From Anaerolineae bacterium (GTDB lineage Bacteria > Chloroflexota > Anaerolineae > SpSt-600): DNA of 64,000 nt. The position numbers and the translations under genes were made by a program. Each line of letters starts with the position of its first letter. Positions within the stretch are counted from its first letter, which is position 1. This document shows, piece by piece, positions 10,601-18,730 of this stretch. Where the stretch lies: assembly GCA_025062375.1 (NCBI GenBank), contig JANXAG010000002.1, positions 2,101-66,100 on the forward strand. The letters run 5' to 3'. Under the pieces are notes generated by a model. That model worked only from the letters and a program-made list of their open reading frames with translations. It was not told the DNA's origin and searched no databases.

Positions 10601-10724
10601 GTGGTAAAATCAGGAGAAGGCTCGCAACTAAGAGGATGAAACGATGGCGCCAGTTTATTACTGCCGAGACCAGCGACGGTGTTATTTCTCCAGGTTTATC
10701 CTCATCGGTGCCCATGGGGCTCAT
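7623..10724 (-). CDS. Membrane-anchored multi-GAF/PAS sensor histidine kinase
   Basis: Two N-terminal TM helices, repeated GAF motifs ('SFMGVPL...GKLIGSL'), a PAS-like segment, and HATPase boxes 'NLLDNALKYS', 'DEGEGI', 'GLGLGL'. Confidence 0.9.
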   Translation of the reverse strand: MSPMGTDEDKPGEITPSLVSAVINWRHRFILLVASLLLILPLAIATLRNKSIFPLSIIFISIILFAFWLIFRYEIFFLRKGLSEKFLRFYSLQELFREELDFYQLAEKVCKGLEKWLNCKKVYFYLINEVLNKCQVIAKVDPESWLENSIPLNDFAISSLANSQSALSLPVDSGLWINLGFRFLVPVRTRGKLVGFIALGEKRSGEPYYRIELKNLEILATQLGLFLEKEEYRRTLRRQLKELTSAQEILTRMVSNPYYLDSVLESLVEGLRILFPQVRLIEVCLWDERERKMVARKVSGIGILEGHKYDLGEGLSGLIARDRRPILIKDVQALKEKPKIPDVGVFRSFMGVPLIYQGKLIGSLEMDSLYPEAFGVEDLRFLESLAPYFAAIIHNTQAHYSMVKEKEALLEAYNLIGKMLASGLRGEELLVYIAKVINAFMDAEACAIRIWEGGKVLTSYCAGSESILPPPRWEIDLCSRQDEVIIQELGREGEFSDARGMKAFMGASIHLKGEKIGWIGVWEREPKAFSSAEMNWLKAFSAQVAAIWEKILFQKELERTRQHLSSLHRLKGALEGVSSFRELASKTLEVLIDCYKLEGIPCCLFFFSSAPEDEPALAMSPGFSPYFAELLTFFAPKSPVESKAVESLKGYLKGFNVLPLEADGKAWGIFVFPEGKIPDITLFLSHLGSLAVRLALKKELEKAEKKLLELLGLVSDGLYLAGKGGEISFIDEKARSLIGFTERELVGRNLQVLYPEGFTSPTLEAAHTGNLTLRTTHLKARDGHLVPVREIAILLSPEKTVVAFWDLSREKDLEKVQDVVTIFLVHEIGKLATKLSNALYLYKEGRKRRETLDELVKLSDKMTEAVRKLQEIINLERGKIRLNFIKLDVTKLAKEVVKRFAEGGTHRFSLKEPAESLLALADEKMVEAILSNLLDNALKYSPPGSLITVKVEAEGDEVKVSVKDEGEGIPIPLQKKIFEKFYRIETRETAKTSGLGLGLYFCKLMVEAHGGRIWVESSPGHGSTFSFTLPKTQ

Positions 10725-11170
10725 TCCTTTTCCTCTTCCTGGGGTGGTGGAGCTGAAGCGTTTAATACGTCTTCAATAGGATAGGCAAACATTATCCGGG
10801 TCGTCTGGCGAAAGCCCATCTTTTTCCAGAAACCTGTTTCTCCAGGGACTGTCACCGCCAGAGAGATGGCTCCTCTTTCTTTGAACCTTTTGGCTATAGC
10901 ATGTACCAGGGCCTTGCCTATCCCTCTCCCCTGGTATTCAGGGTCTACGGAGGCTATGTGTATTATTGCTCTTGAACCATCGTATACCCCTCTTATGAAA
11001 CCTACAACTTTGAAATCTTCTTCAGCTACGAGGAATTCGGCGGCAGGACACTGGCTTACCCTTATCATGGCTTCCGGACCGTCCAGCTCTGGGTGGCTAT
11101 ACTGCTGGTTGGCTTTGAGGATTTCCACAAGCCTCGGAGCATCTGAAGGGACAAAATCCCTTATCCGCAT
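10721..11170 (-). CDS. GNAT family N-acetyltransferase
   Basis: Motif A 'SVDPEYQGRGIGKAL' and 'FWKKMGF'. Its stop overlaps the kinase start (ATGA). Confidence 0.9.
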   Translation of the reverse strand: MRIRDFVPSDAPRLVEILKANQQYSHPELDGPEAMIRVSQCPAAEFLVAEEDFKVVGFIRGVYDGSRAIIHIASVDPEYQGRGIGKALVHAIAKRFKERGAISLAVTVPGETGFWKKMGFRQTTRIMFAYPIEDVLNASAPPPQEEEKE

Positions 11171-11204
11171 CAGTTTGCCTCCTCAAGGGGGTTGCCTTTT
11201 TAAA

Positions 11205-11234
11205 ATTATAGCATTGAAAAGTTCAAAGGGGCAA
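11205..11234 (-). promoter_or_regulatory. Promoter of the GNAT-kinase operon, with a palindrome in the spacer
   Basis: Minus strand TTGCCC-18 nt-TATAAT with extended -10 TG; TTGAA-N3-TTCAA at 11214-11226. Confidence 0.65.
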
Positions 11235-11454
11235 GATTAGAAGGCTTTTAACTTCCGATTGAGGACTTTAATAGCGCCCTTTATATTCTCAAGGGTCATG
11301 AGGGAGGCTAGAATCCTGATCAGACCAGGGACATGCGTTTTCCCATGAAAGGCTAAAACAGAGCTGACGGTTCGTCGGATTTTCCACGCTTCGTGATGGT
11401 ATTCTCTGAAGTCCAATGCGGAGGACTCTTCGGATGCTTCGTGAACGCGGATTC

Positions 11455-11484
11455 TTGCCCGCTCCATCTTTTATATGGTATAAT
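11455..11484 (+). promoter_or_regulatory. Promoter of tRNA-Gln (and probably downstream genes)
   Basis: TTGCCC(11455-60)-18 nt-TATAAT(11479-84) with extended -10 TG. Confidence 0.75.
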
Positions 11485-11494
11485 AAACTTGCAT

Positions 11495-11566
11495 TCGGGG
11501 GTCGTCTAATGGGCAGGACAAGGGACTTTGGATCCCTCGGTCCAGGTTCGAATCCTGGCCCCCGAA
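11495..11566 (+). tRNA. tRNA-Gln (anticodon TTG), CCA not encoded
   Basis: Cloverleaf: acceptor TCGGGGG/CCCCCGA, anticodon arm AGGGA-CTTTGGA-TCCCT, T arm CCAGG-TTCGAAT-CCTGG; U1-A72 pair. Confidence 0.97.
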
Positions 11567-11627
11567 TTGGGCTGAAGCTGACGGCCTCCACGGGCCGCCG
11601 GCTTTCTTACTTTTGAAGGGTAAGGTT

Positions 11628-12905
11628 ATGGGAAAGTGTCCTCTCAGCGAGAGGGAGCTGGAAATCCTCAGGATGGTAGCTTCAGGGGCTACCAATCAGC
11701 AGATAGCCAGCAAGCTTTTCATCAGTCTCAACACCGTCAAGGTCCACCTCCGCAATATTTTTGAAAAGCTCGGGGTTCAATCCCGCACCGAAGCGGTAAT
11801 GCTGGCTGTGAGGGAAGGATGGATTGAGGTGGGGGAAGTAACCTTCAGGCCTCCTGAGCTCCAGGTTTTTCCTTTACCTTTCTGGAAAAAGTTCCTGCTG
11901 ACCTGCATCACTCTCCTGGCTGCGGTTCTCGTGGCTCTGCCTTGGCTCAGAGCAATCCAGGCTGATGAGCCTTCCTCCTTCCTGATTGACAGGCCCTCCT
12001 CCCCTCAACTTTCCTCCATGACGGCTTCAGGACGATGGCTCCTGAAAAGTTTTCTCCCAGCTCCTCGCTCCAGGATGGCTGTGGCCCTTTCTGGAAACGC
12101 AATCTTCATTATCGGAGGAGAGGTAGCCGGGAATGTGACGGGCGAGACCCTGGCTTACTATCCGGGTGAAAATAGGTGGGAGAAAAGAGCTCAAAAACCC
12201 ACTCCCGTGAGCAATGTCGGAGCGGTATCTCTGAATGGTAAAATTTATGTCCCAGGGGGCTACACATCCGATGGCGTGGTGATCGATGCGCTGGAGATTT
12301 ATGAGCCTTCGAAGGATACCTGGACGAAAGGAGCACCGCTGCCTGTGCCCCTGTGTGGTTATGCCATCGCCTCTTACCAGGGGAAAGTTTACCTGTTTGG
12401 GGGATGGGATGGCAAAAGAGCGTTAGCGAGAGCCTTCCGATACGACCCTCAAACCGATGAATGGGAAGAGCTTCCATCCATGCTTATCCCCAGAGCCTTT
12501 GCGGCGGCCGGCGTGCTGAACGACCGGATCTATGTGGCCGGAGGGCTGAGGGGTTCCCGGGAAATCCGAGATGTTGAGGAATTTAATCCGGTTGAAATGC
12601 GTTGGCAGAAGCGTTCCCCCATGCTTATAGGCAGAGCAGGCTTTGGTCTTAGCCCCGTTGGCCATTGGATTTATGCCATCGGTGGTGGCTGGAAGAATCG
12701 TTTGACCTTTAATGAGCGCTATGACCCTTCAGCAGACCTCTGGACCCCTTTTGAGACTCCAATCCTTGGAGAGTGGCGAAACTTGGGGGTTGTTGCTTTA
12801 GGGAACAAAATCTATGCTATAGGCGGTAAAAGCGGAGAACCTCTGGCCTTTGTAGAAGAATATCAGGCCCTCTTTACGGTGATGATTCCCTACATTCAGA
12901 GGTAA
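11628..12905 (+). CDS. LuxR-type HTH + transmembrane helix + Kelch-repeat beta-propeller protein
   Basis: '[45 protein letters not shown]', a hydrophobic helix, then six Kelch repeats ('IY..GG...Y.P...W'). Confidence 0.9.
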   Translation: MGKCPLSERELEILRMVASGATNQQIASKLFISLNTVKVHLRNIFEKLGVQSRTEAVMLAVREGWIEVGEVTFRPPELQVFPLPFWKKFLLTCITLLAAVLVALPWLRAIQADEPSSFLIDRPSSPQLSSMTASGRWLLKSFLPAPRSRMAVALSGNAIFIIGGEVAGNVTGETLAYYPGENRWEKRAQKPTPVSNVGAVSLNGKIYVPGGYTSDGVVIDALEIYEPSKDTWTKGAPLPVPLCGYAIASYQGKVYLFGGWDGKRALARAFRYDPQTDEWEELPSMLIPRAFAAAGVLNDRIYVAGGLRGSREIRDVEEFNPVEMRWQKRSPMLIGRAGFGLSPVGHWIYAIGGGWKNRLTFNERYDPSADLWTPFETPILGEWRNLGVVALGNKIYAIGGKSGEPLAFVEEYQALFTVMIPYIQR

Positions 12906-12909
12906 AGTC

Positions 12910-13839
12910 ATGTTTGAAGTTGTCTTCCTGGGAACTTCGGCTTCTGCCCCTTCGGTTCAAAGGAGCTTGCCGGCGGCAGTGGTCCTTCACAACCAGCACA
13001 GGTTCCTTATTGACTGTGGGGAGGGCACTCAGAGGCAAATCCTGAAAAGCGGACTGGGTTTCCGGCGCCTCAATAAGATACTCCTCACCCATGGACATCT
13101 GGACCACATCCTGGGGCTGGGGGGGTTGATTTCCACCTTTGCCCGGTGGGAGGCAATAAGCGAGGTGGAAATATACGGAGGAAAGTGGGCCTTACGCCGG
13201 GTTAAGCTCCTAATGAAGGTGGTTTTTATGGACGAGATACCCCCTATAAACATCATTTACCGGGAGATCGGCCCTGGGGTGATAATGGAAGACGATAAAT
13301 TTGTCCTCAGGGCCTTCAAAGTAATCCACAAGGGAGCCGATTCTCTAGGCTTTCTCTTCGAAGAAAAGCCCAGGCGTCCGTTCCTGGTAGAGAAAGCCGA
13401 AGCCCTCGGTGTTCCCGCCGGCCCTGAGAGGCGCCGCCTTGTGCAGGGGGAACCCATAACCCTGCCCGATGGTCGGGTTATACACCCTGATGATGTTCTG
13501 GGGCCTCCTGTGCCTGGGGCGAAGCTGGTGTTCGTCGGGGATGCTTCCTCCACCCGGGGTTTAGCGGAGGTCGCCTGCAAAGCCGATGCCCTGGTGATTG
13601 AGGCTACTTATCTTGAGCCCGAAAAGGAGCTGGCCCGCCAGTACGGTCACATCACAGCAGCCGAAGCAGCCCACCTGGCCCTGGAGGCTGAAGTCCGAAA
13701 TCTCTATCTTGTGCATATTTCCCGGCGCTACAGCGTAAACGAGGTTCTGGCGGAGGCTCAGGCCATATTCCCCAATACTACCGTCGTGAACGATCTGGAC
13801 AGAATTGTGGTTAAAAAACCCGAAAATCAGGGAGGGTGA
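12910..13839 (+). CDS. rnz: Ribonuclease Z
   Basis: Motifs 'FLGTSAS.PS..R', 'DCGEGTQRQ', '[10 protein letters not shown]', the GP-rich flexible arm and 'HISRRY'. Confidence 0.93.
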   Translation: MFEVVFLGTSASAPSVQRSLPAAVVLHNQHRFLIDCGEGTQRQILKSGLGFRRLNKILLTHGHLDHILGLGGLISTFARWEAISEVEIYGGKWALRRVKLLMKVVFMDEIPPINIIYREIGPGVIMEDDKFVLRAFKVIHKGADSLGFLFEEKPRRPFLVEKAEALGVPAGPERRRLVQGEPITLPDGRVIHPDDVLGPPVPGAKLVFVGDASSTRGLAEVACKADALVIEATYLEPEKELARQYGHITAAEAAHLALEAEVRNLYLVHISRRYSVNEVLAEAQAIFPNTTVVNDLDRIVVKKPENQGG

Positions 13840-14168
13840 GGTCCATGGAGGGAGATTTCATTGTAGTTCTTATCACCACGAATTCCTTTGAAGAAGCGTT
13901 GAAGATAGGGCGGATCCTTGTGGAGGAAAAGCTGGCAGCCTGCGTCAACGTTGTACCTGAGGTTTTCTCTTTCTACTGGTGGGAAGGGAAAGTCCAGGAA
14001 GATAAAGAATCTCTGATGGTGGTAAAAACCACTGCTTCCTCCTTCCCGGCCCTTGAAGGGAGGGTCAGGGAGCTTCACAGTTATACTGTACCGGAGATCA
14101 TCGCCCTTCCGATAAGGGAAGGGTACAAAGGCTATTTGGACTGGGTTGCGGGTTCAGTGCTAAGGTAA
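13836..14168 (+). CDS. cutA: Divalent-cation tolerance protein CutA
   Basis: Motifs '[11 protein letters not shown]', 'YWWEG' and 'HSYTVPEII'. Confidence 0.95.
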   Translation: MRSMEGDFIVVLITTNSFEEALKIGRILVEEKLAACVNVVPEVFSFYWWEGKVQEDKESLMVVKTTASSFPALEGRVRELHSYTVPEIIALPIREGYKGYLDWVAGSVLR

Positions 14169-15058
14169 ACGGCCATAGCTAAGGAGAGGAAGCGCGTTTC
14201 GGCCTCGTCGGCGCGTGAGTTTATAAGGATGGGAACTTTTGCTCCTACCACGTGTCCGGCCATCCTGGCGCGGGCGAAATAAAGGATTCCCTTGGCCATT
14301 ATGTTGCCCGCCTCCACATTGGGAACGATGAGGATATCGGCCTGGCCGGCGACAAGGGACTTTACCCCTTTAACTTTGGCGGAATGCTCCGAGATGGCCG
14401 TATCGAGAGCCATGGGGCCATCCACTATGGCTCCCTCAACCCAGCCCTGTTCAGCCATTTTGGCCAGAGCCAGAGCATCAATGGAAGCTGGAATTTTAGG
14501 GTGAACAGCTTCGGTAGCAGCCAGAATAGCCACTTTAGGCATTTCAATCCCGAAACGGTGGGCTACCTCCACAGCGTTTCGGATGATTTCCAGCTTCTGA
14601 TAAACATCAGGGTAAGGGACAACACCGCTATCGCTTATGTAGATTAGCTTGTGCATTCCGGGAATTTCAAAGATCCCCACATGGGTCATCAGGTTTTTAT
14701 CCCTGAGGCCAATTTCCCTGTTGAGAGCCATTGAAAGGAGTTCAGCCGTTTTGAGCTGGCCCTTTATGACTATGTCTGCTTTCCCCTCCTTGGCCAAAAG
14801 CACCACGGTTCTGGCGGCCTTAGAAGTTTCAGGTTCATGGATTATTTCAAAATCAGCGAGAGATACACCTTCTTCCTGGGCGATGGCTTTGATGGCCTGG
14901 GCATCCCCTACAAGGTAGCCCGATATTTCCAGGCCAGCTCTGCGGGCTTCTTCGAGGGAGAGAAGGACTTCGGGATCGTGTGCAGCAGCCACCGCTATTC
15001 GCCTGGGGCCTTTCCTGCGGGCGAGCTCTATCATCTGGGCAAAGTTTTCAACGGCCAT
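14132..15058 (-). CDS. ptb: Phosphate butyryltransferase / phosphate acyltransferase (PTA_PTB family)
   Basis: Motifs 'IAVAAAHD', 'VDGPMALDTAIS', 'ADILIVPNVEAGN' and 'SRAD'. Confidence 0.85.
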   Translation of the reverse strand: MAVENFAQMIELARRKGPRRIAVAAAHDPEVLLSLEEARRAGLEISGYLVGDAQAIKAIAQEEGVSLADFEIIHEPETSKAARTVVLLAKEGKADIVIKGQLKTAELLSMALNREIGLRDKNLMTHVGIFEIPGMHKLIYISDSGVVPYPDVYQKLEIIRNAVEVAHRFGIEMPKVAILAATEAVHPKIPASIDALALAKMAEQGWVEGAIVDGPMALDTAISEHSAKVKGVKSLVAGQADILIVPNVEAGNIMAKGILYFARARMAGHVVGAKVPILINSRADEAETRFLSLAMAVYLSTEPATQSK

Positions 15059-15074
15059 ACCCTTTCTCCTTCCC

Positions 15075-16124
15075 CTAAGGGAACATCACAACTTTTCCTA
15101 CTCTTTTCTCTGGTGAAGTGAGAAGGCGAAAGGCCTCCTCGAAATTGTCCAGAGGTATCCTGTGGGTGATGATGGGAGATGGATCAAGCTTGCCGGAATT
15201 AAGAAGCTCGGCCATCTGGTACCAGGTTTCCCAGAGGAGGCGTCCGTTTATGCCTATGATGCGGGCCCCCTTGAAGATTACAGCGTTGGCCCAATCCAGG
15301 GTCACTGGCTCTGGTGGTATACCGAAAGCGGTGAATCTGCCTCCTTTGCGGAGGACAGCGAAACCCTGCTCTAAAGCCAGGGGGCTTCCGGCCATCTCCA
15401 GAACCACATCTACTCCTGTGCCGTTTGTTTTTTCCAAGATTATTTTAACTGGATCCTGGCCTTCGGAGATATTGATGGTGAAATCGGCTCCCATCCTGCG
15501 CCCGATTTCCAGGCGAAAGGGGTTCATACCCACCTGGAAGACAGTGCCAGCTCCTGCCGCCTTGGCCACAGCTACGGCGTTGTTGCCCGCTGGCCCATCA
15601 CCGAATACTGCCACTGTCATACCTGATACTGGCTCCGCCAGGACAGCGTAGACAGCATTGCCCAGAGGTTCCTGGATGGAGGCTATGGCGGGGTCCATAT
15701 TGGGGTCGTTTTTCCAAGCGCATATTTCAGGAATTGTCACATATTCAGCGAAGGAGCCGTTGGTATCAACCCCGATGATTTTGAGGTTCTGGCATATGTG
15801 GGGTTGCCCCCGGCGGCATATAGGGCAGGTCATATCGGGTATATGGCTTTCGGCGGATATAAAATCTCCCACTTTCAAGCTTTTAACGTCCTTTCCCACT
15901 TCCACCACTTCGCCGCAGAACTCATGCCCCAGGATCAGAGGAGTTTTTATACGGCTCTGAGCCCAGCGATCCCAATTGTATATGTGCACATCAGTGCCGC
16001 ATATAGAAGTAGCGCGGACTTTTACCAGGACTTCGCCAGGGGCTGGGTTGGGTATATCTACCAGGTCCATTTCCAGGCCTGGCCCAGGCCCCTTCTTGAG
16101 GATTGCCTTCATCTTCTCAGGCAT
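15075..16124 (-). CDS. tdh: L-threonine 3-dehydrogenase (Zn-dependent MDR)
   Basis: 'ATSICGTDVHIYNWD.WAQ', 'GHEF.G', 'EPLGNAV', 'GINGR...ETWY'. True start is ATG 16124 after GGAGG (the ORF track extends it upstream). Confidence 0.9.
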   Translation of the reverse strand: MPEKMKAILKKGPGPGLEMDLVDIPNPAPGEVLVKVRATSICGTDVHIYNWDRWAQSRIKTPLILGHEFCGEVVEVGKDVKSLKVGDFISAESHIPDMTCPICRRGQPHICQNLKIIGVDTNGSFAEYVTIPEICAWKNDPNMDPAIASIQEPLGNAVYAVLAEPVSGMTVAVFGDGPAGNNAVAVAKAAGAGTVFQVGMNPFRLEIGRRMGADFTINISEGQDPVKIILEKTNGTGVDVVLEMAGSPLALEQGFAVLRKGGRFTAFGIPPEPVTLDWANAVIFKGARIIGINGRLLWETWYQMAELLNSGKLDPSPIITHRIPLDNFEEAFRLLTSPEKRVGKVVMFP

Positions 16125-16151
16125 ATCTCCCTCCTGAGGGCAGTGGGGCAT

Positions 16152-16188
16152 AAAAAAGCCCGGTTCCCTTCCGGAAACCGGGCCTTTT
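16152..16188 (-). terminator. Intrinsic terminator after the FmdB-like gene
   Basis: Minus strand GCCCGGTT-TCCGGAAGGG-AACCGGGC followed by TTTTTT. Confidence 0.8.
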
Positions 16189-16420
16189 ATCTGCCGCAGC
16201 TTGTGCATGTGGTTGCGGTGCATCCTGTGCACGGGCTGCCACCAAGGCTTCTGGTAGTTCCTCCTTCGCCTCGGCTTACAGCCGCAAAGAGCGATATAGC
16301 TCTTTCTGTTTCAGAACTTCCACAGTATGGGCACGCGGCTGGCTCGCTCGCCTTATTTATCGGCCGCAGAAGCTCAAAAGTTTTACCACAGCTGCTGCAT
16401 CTATACTCATAAATTGGCAT
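16187..16420 (-). CDS. FmdB-family zinc-ribbon protein
   Basis: 'MPIYEYRCSSCG..FE....CPYCGS' plus a C-terminal CxxC-x3-CxxC. Confidence 0.9.
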   Translation of the reverse strand: MPIYEYRCSSCGKTFELLRPINKASEPAACPYCGSSETERAISLFAAVSRGEGGTTRSLGGSPCTGCTATTCTSCGR

Positions 16421-16451
16421 TTAACCCCCCTCATCCGGAGTGAATTAAGGG

Positions 16452-17066
16452 TTACTGGCCTGGCTTAAGGATTACCACCTGCACCGAAGTTAACTCCTTG
16501 AAGCGTTCGGCGTCTTTTTCAGAGCCCACAATTTCCCCGTAATGCATGGGTATGGCTATTTCGGGCTTTATGGCATCGGCAGCTCTGGCCGCTTCATCCG
16601 CCGTCATCACATAAGTTCCGCTTACAGGCAGAAGAGCAATGTCTGTCTTGAGGCCCTTCATTTCAGGGATAAAGTCCGTATCGCCAGCATGATAGATGCG
16701 TTTCCCACCCAGGGTGACAATGAAGCCCACATGCCCTGCTTCTTTGGGATGGAAGGGCTTATCTATGTTGTAGGCTGGGACCATTTCTACCTCAATGCCT
16801 TTTACAGTGATTTTATCTCCGGGCTTTACCGTTTTTATTTCCCCCTTTAGCTTTTTGGCAGCTGCTGGTATGGTAACTATGACGGTATCAGCTTTTTGAA
16901 TCTTTGCCACATCTTCCGGAGAGCAATGGTCGTAGTGCTCGTGGGTTATAAGGATTATGTCAGCTTTAGGAAGATTTGGGGGGAGCTTCCATGGGTCAAT
17001 GTAAACTGTAACCTCTCCTTCCAGGCGAAAAGAATCATGACCGAGCCAGTGAATATTCTCTACCAT
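16452..17066 (-). CDS. MBL-fold metallo-hydrolase (UlaG/Lactamase_B_3-like)
   Basis: Motifs 'WLGHDSF', 'THEHYDH', 'YHAGDT' and 'PMHYG'. ATG 17066 follows AGGAG. Confidence 0.9.
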   Translation of the reverse strand: MVENIHWLGHDSFRLEGEVTVYIDPWKLPPNLPKADIILITHEHYDHCSPEDVAKIQKADTVIVTIPAAAKKLKGEIKTVKPGDKITVKGIEVEMVPAYNIDKPFHPKEAGHVGFIVTLGGKRIYHAGDTDFIPEMKGLKTDIALLPVSGTYVMTADEAARAADAIKPEIAIPMHYGEIVGSEKDAERFKELTSVQVVILKPGQ

Positions 17067-17100
17067 CGCTTTGCTCCTTAAAGGGTTAATGTCCGCAGAA

Positions 17101-17129
17101 ATTATAGCATCTGTTCCCAAAGAAATCAA
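17101..17129 (-). promoter_or_regulatory. Promoter of the MBL hydrolase-FmdB unit
   Basis: Minus strand TTGATT-17 nt-TATAAT with extended -10 TG. Confidence 0.75.
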
Positions 17130-17384
17130 GGCTTCCTAAGGCTGTTTGAAAAACTTTGGGATGGGGTCGAAACGGTAGCGGGCGGTCCCAAACTGTCTGC
17201 ATTGTCTCCCCGGGCCCTGGACAAAAATCAAGAAGGCAGTCTGGCCAGCGGGGCACTGGAGGCTGGGCGCAGGAGGCCTGGGCGATCTGGACTATCTCGG
17301 CCAGGAGTAGATCCCTTTAAAACGACCTCGCCGCGCCTTTACTTTCTCGCCATTTGGGGTATAATACTTGAAGGGGAGAGGGAC

Positions 17385-18728
17385 ATGCAAGTTTTTCAGA
17401 CATTTTTGATAGAAATTGAGAATTTGGCCAGAGAAATTCAAGAATTGCGGGAAAAATTAGGCAAAACCGCCGATTTGAAACTTCCAGAGCTCCGAAAAAG
17501 TTTAGCCAGCCTTTCAGAAATAGCATGGAAGCTCAAAATTTTAGAAGGTGCTTCCGAGCGCGTTTTATCCCTCGCTCACGAACTGAAGGTTTCATTCGGG
17601 GATTGCGCTCTTAATGCTCTTTTCCTTTCCCAGCTTTACGCTCTGGCCCAGGGCATCTCTTCTGCTCCTGAGGAGCCAATTGACCGCATCGCAACGGAGG
17701 TCTTGCGGAATTCTCTGAAGGCCAGAACTATTTGCGCCTTTCTCTCAACGCCGGGTTCGGCAAAGTTTCGGCAGGAACAGTGGTTCGGAGAAGTTCCCCT
17801 CGGGGAAATCAGCCAGGAGCTGGAGGAAGCTTTCAAACGCTTTAAATCCATCTCAATGGAAAGAGGTTTAGTTGTTCCATTAACAGGGTTGAAGGGCCCA
17901 AGAGGCTTGCTTTACATTGAAACCGAAAACTGCGGCCCCCAGGAAATGGCCTTCGCCGAAGCCGTGGCCTCCATCGTTGGGCTTGCTATGGAGGCAAAGG
18001 AGCTGGCCGGAGAGCTGGAAAAAACCCTTTACGAACTGGCCAAACTCCAGGCTATAAAGGAGCAGGAGGAGCTGGAGAAGGATTACATAAGAGCCCTTTT
18101 TAGCCGCTTTGTTTCCCCTCAGGTGGTGGAAAAGCTGGCTTCCGACCCTTCAATCTTAAGGTTAGGGGGGGTAAGGCAAGAGATTACCATTCTGTTTGCT
18201 GATATCAGAGGCTTTACAGCTTTAAGTGAAAAACTTCCCCCCGAAGACCTGGTGAAGACTTTGAATCAGTATCTATCCATTGCCGCTGATGCCATTCTGG
18301 AAGAAGAGGGCACCCTGGATAAATTCTTAGGGGATGCAGTAATGGCTTTCTTTAATGCCCCCTTCCCCCAGGAACAGCATGTCCTTAAGGGAGCCAGAGC
18401 AGCTCTGAGGATTAAAAACCGGCTTGAGGAACTTCACTCCAGGAATGCCTTGCCCCTTAAGCTCTACTTCGGCATAGGATTGAACGTGGGCGATGCCGTT
18501 ATCGGAAATATAGGGACCTCTATGCAGATGAACTACACGGCCATAGGGGATTGCGTGAACGTGGCCAAGCGCCTCCAGGAAATTGCCCGGCCCGGCCAGA
18601 TCCTTATCAGCGCTGCTGTTTACGAAAGGATCAAAGATAAAGCTTTCGTTCGCACTTTGCCCCCAACCTCAATCCCCGGAAAATCTTCTCGCGAGCCCAT
18701 ATACGAGCTTCTGGACCTTGTGGAGTAA
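17385..18728 (+). CDS. Class III adenylate cyclase with N-terminal coiled-coil/GAF-like region
   Basis: 'ILFADIRGFT', 'DKFLGDAVMA', 'YTAIGDCVNVAKRLQ' (Lys/Thr ATP-specifying residues). ATG 17385 follows GGAG; TATAAT at 17360. Confidence 0.9.
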   Translation: MQVFQTFLIEIENLAREIQELREKLGKTADLKLPELRKSLASLSEIAWKLKILEGASERVLSLAHELKVSFGDCALNALFLSQLYALAQGISSAPEEPIDRIATEVLRNSLKARTICAFLSTPGSAKFRQEQWFGEVPLGEISQELEEAFKRFKSISMERGLVVPLTGLKGPRGLLYIETENCGPQEMAFAEAVASIVGLAMEAKELAGELEKTLYELAKLQAIKEQEELEKDYIRALFSRFVSPQVVEKLASDPSILRLGGVRQEITILFADIRGFTALSEKLPPEDLVKTLNQYLSIAADAILEEEGTLDKFLGDAVMAFFNAPFPQEQHVLKGARAALRIKNRLEELHSRNALPLKLYFGIGLNVGDAVIGNIGTSMQMNYTAIGDCVNVAKRLQEIARPGQILISAAVYERIKDKAFVRTLPPTSIPGKSSREPIYELLDLVE

Positions 18729-18730
18729 AG

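Noticed and set aside
11237-11695. Several short ORFs around tRNA-Gln
   Set aside because: They overlap the tRNA and promoters and lack an RBS or family signal.
16125-16232. His/Met-rich N-terminal extension of tdh
   Set aside because: Artefact of the longest-ORF call: it overlaps fmdB and the terminator, and the RBS supports ATG 16124.
17138-17156. AGGCTGTTTGAAAAACT resembling an IS terminal repeat (weakly similar text at 38159)
   Set aside because: No matching opposite end, target duplication or transposase.
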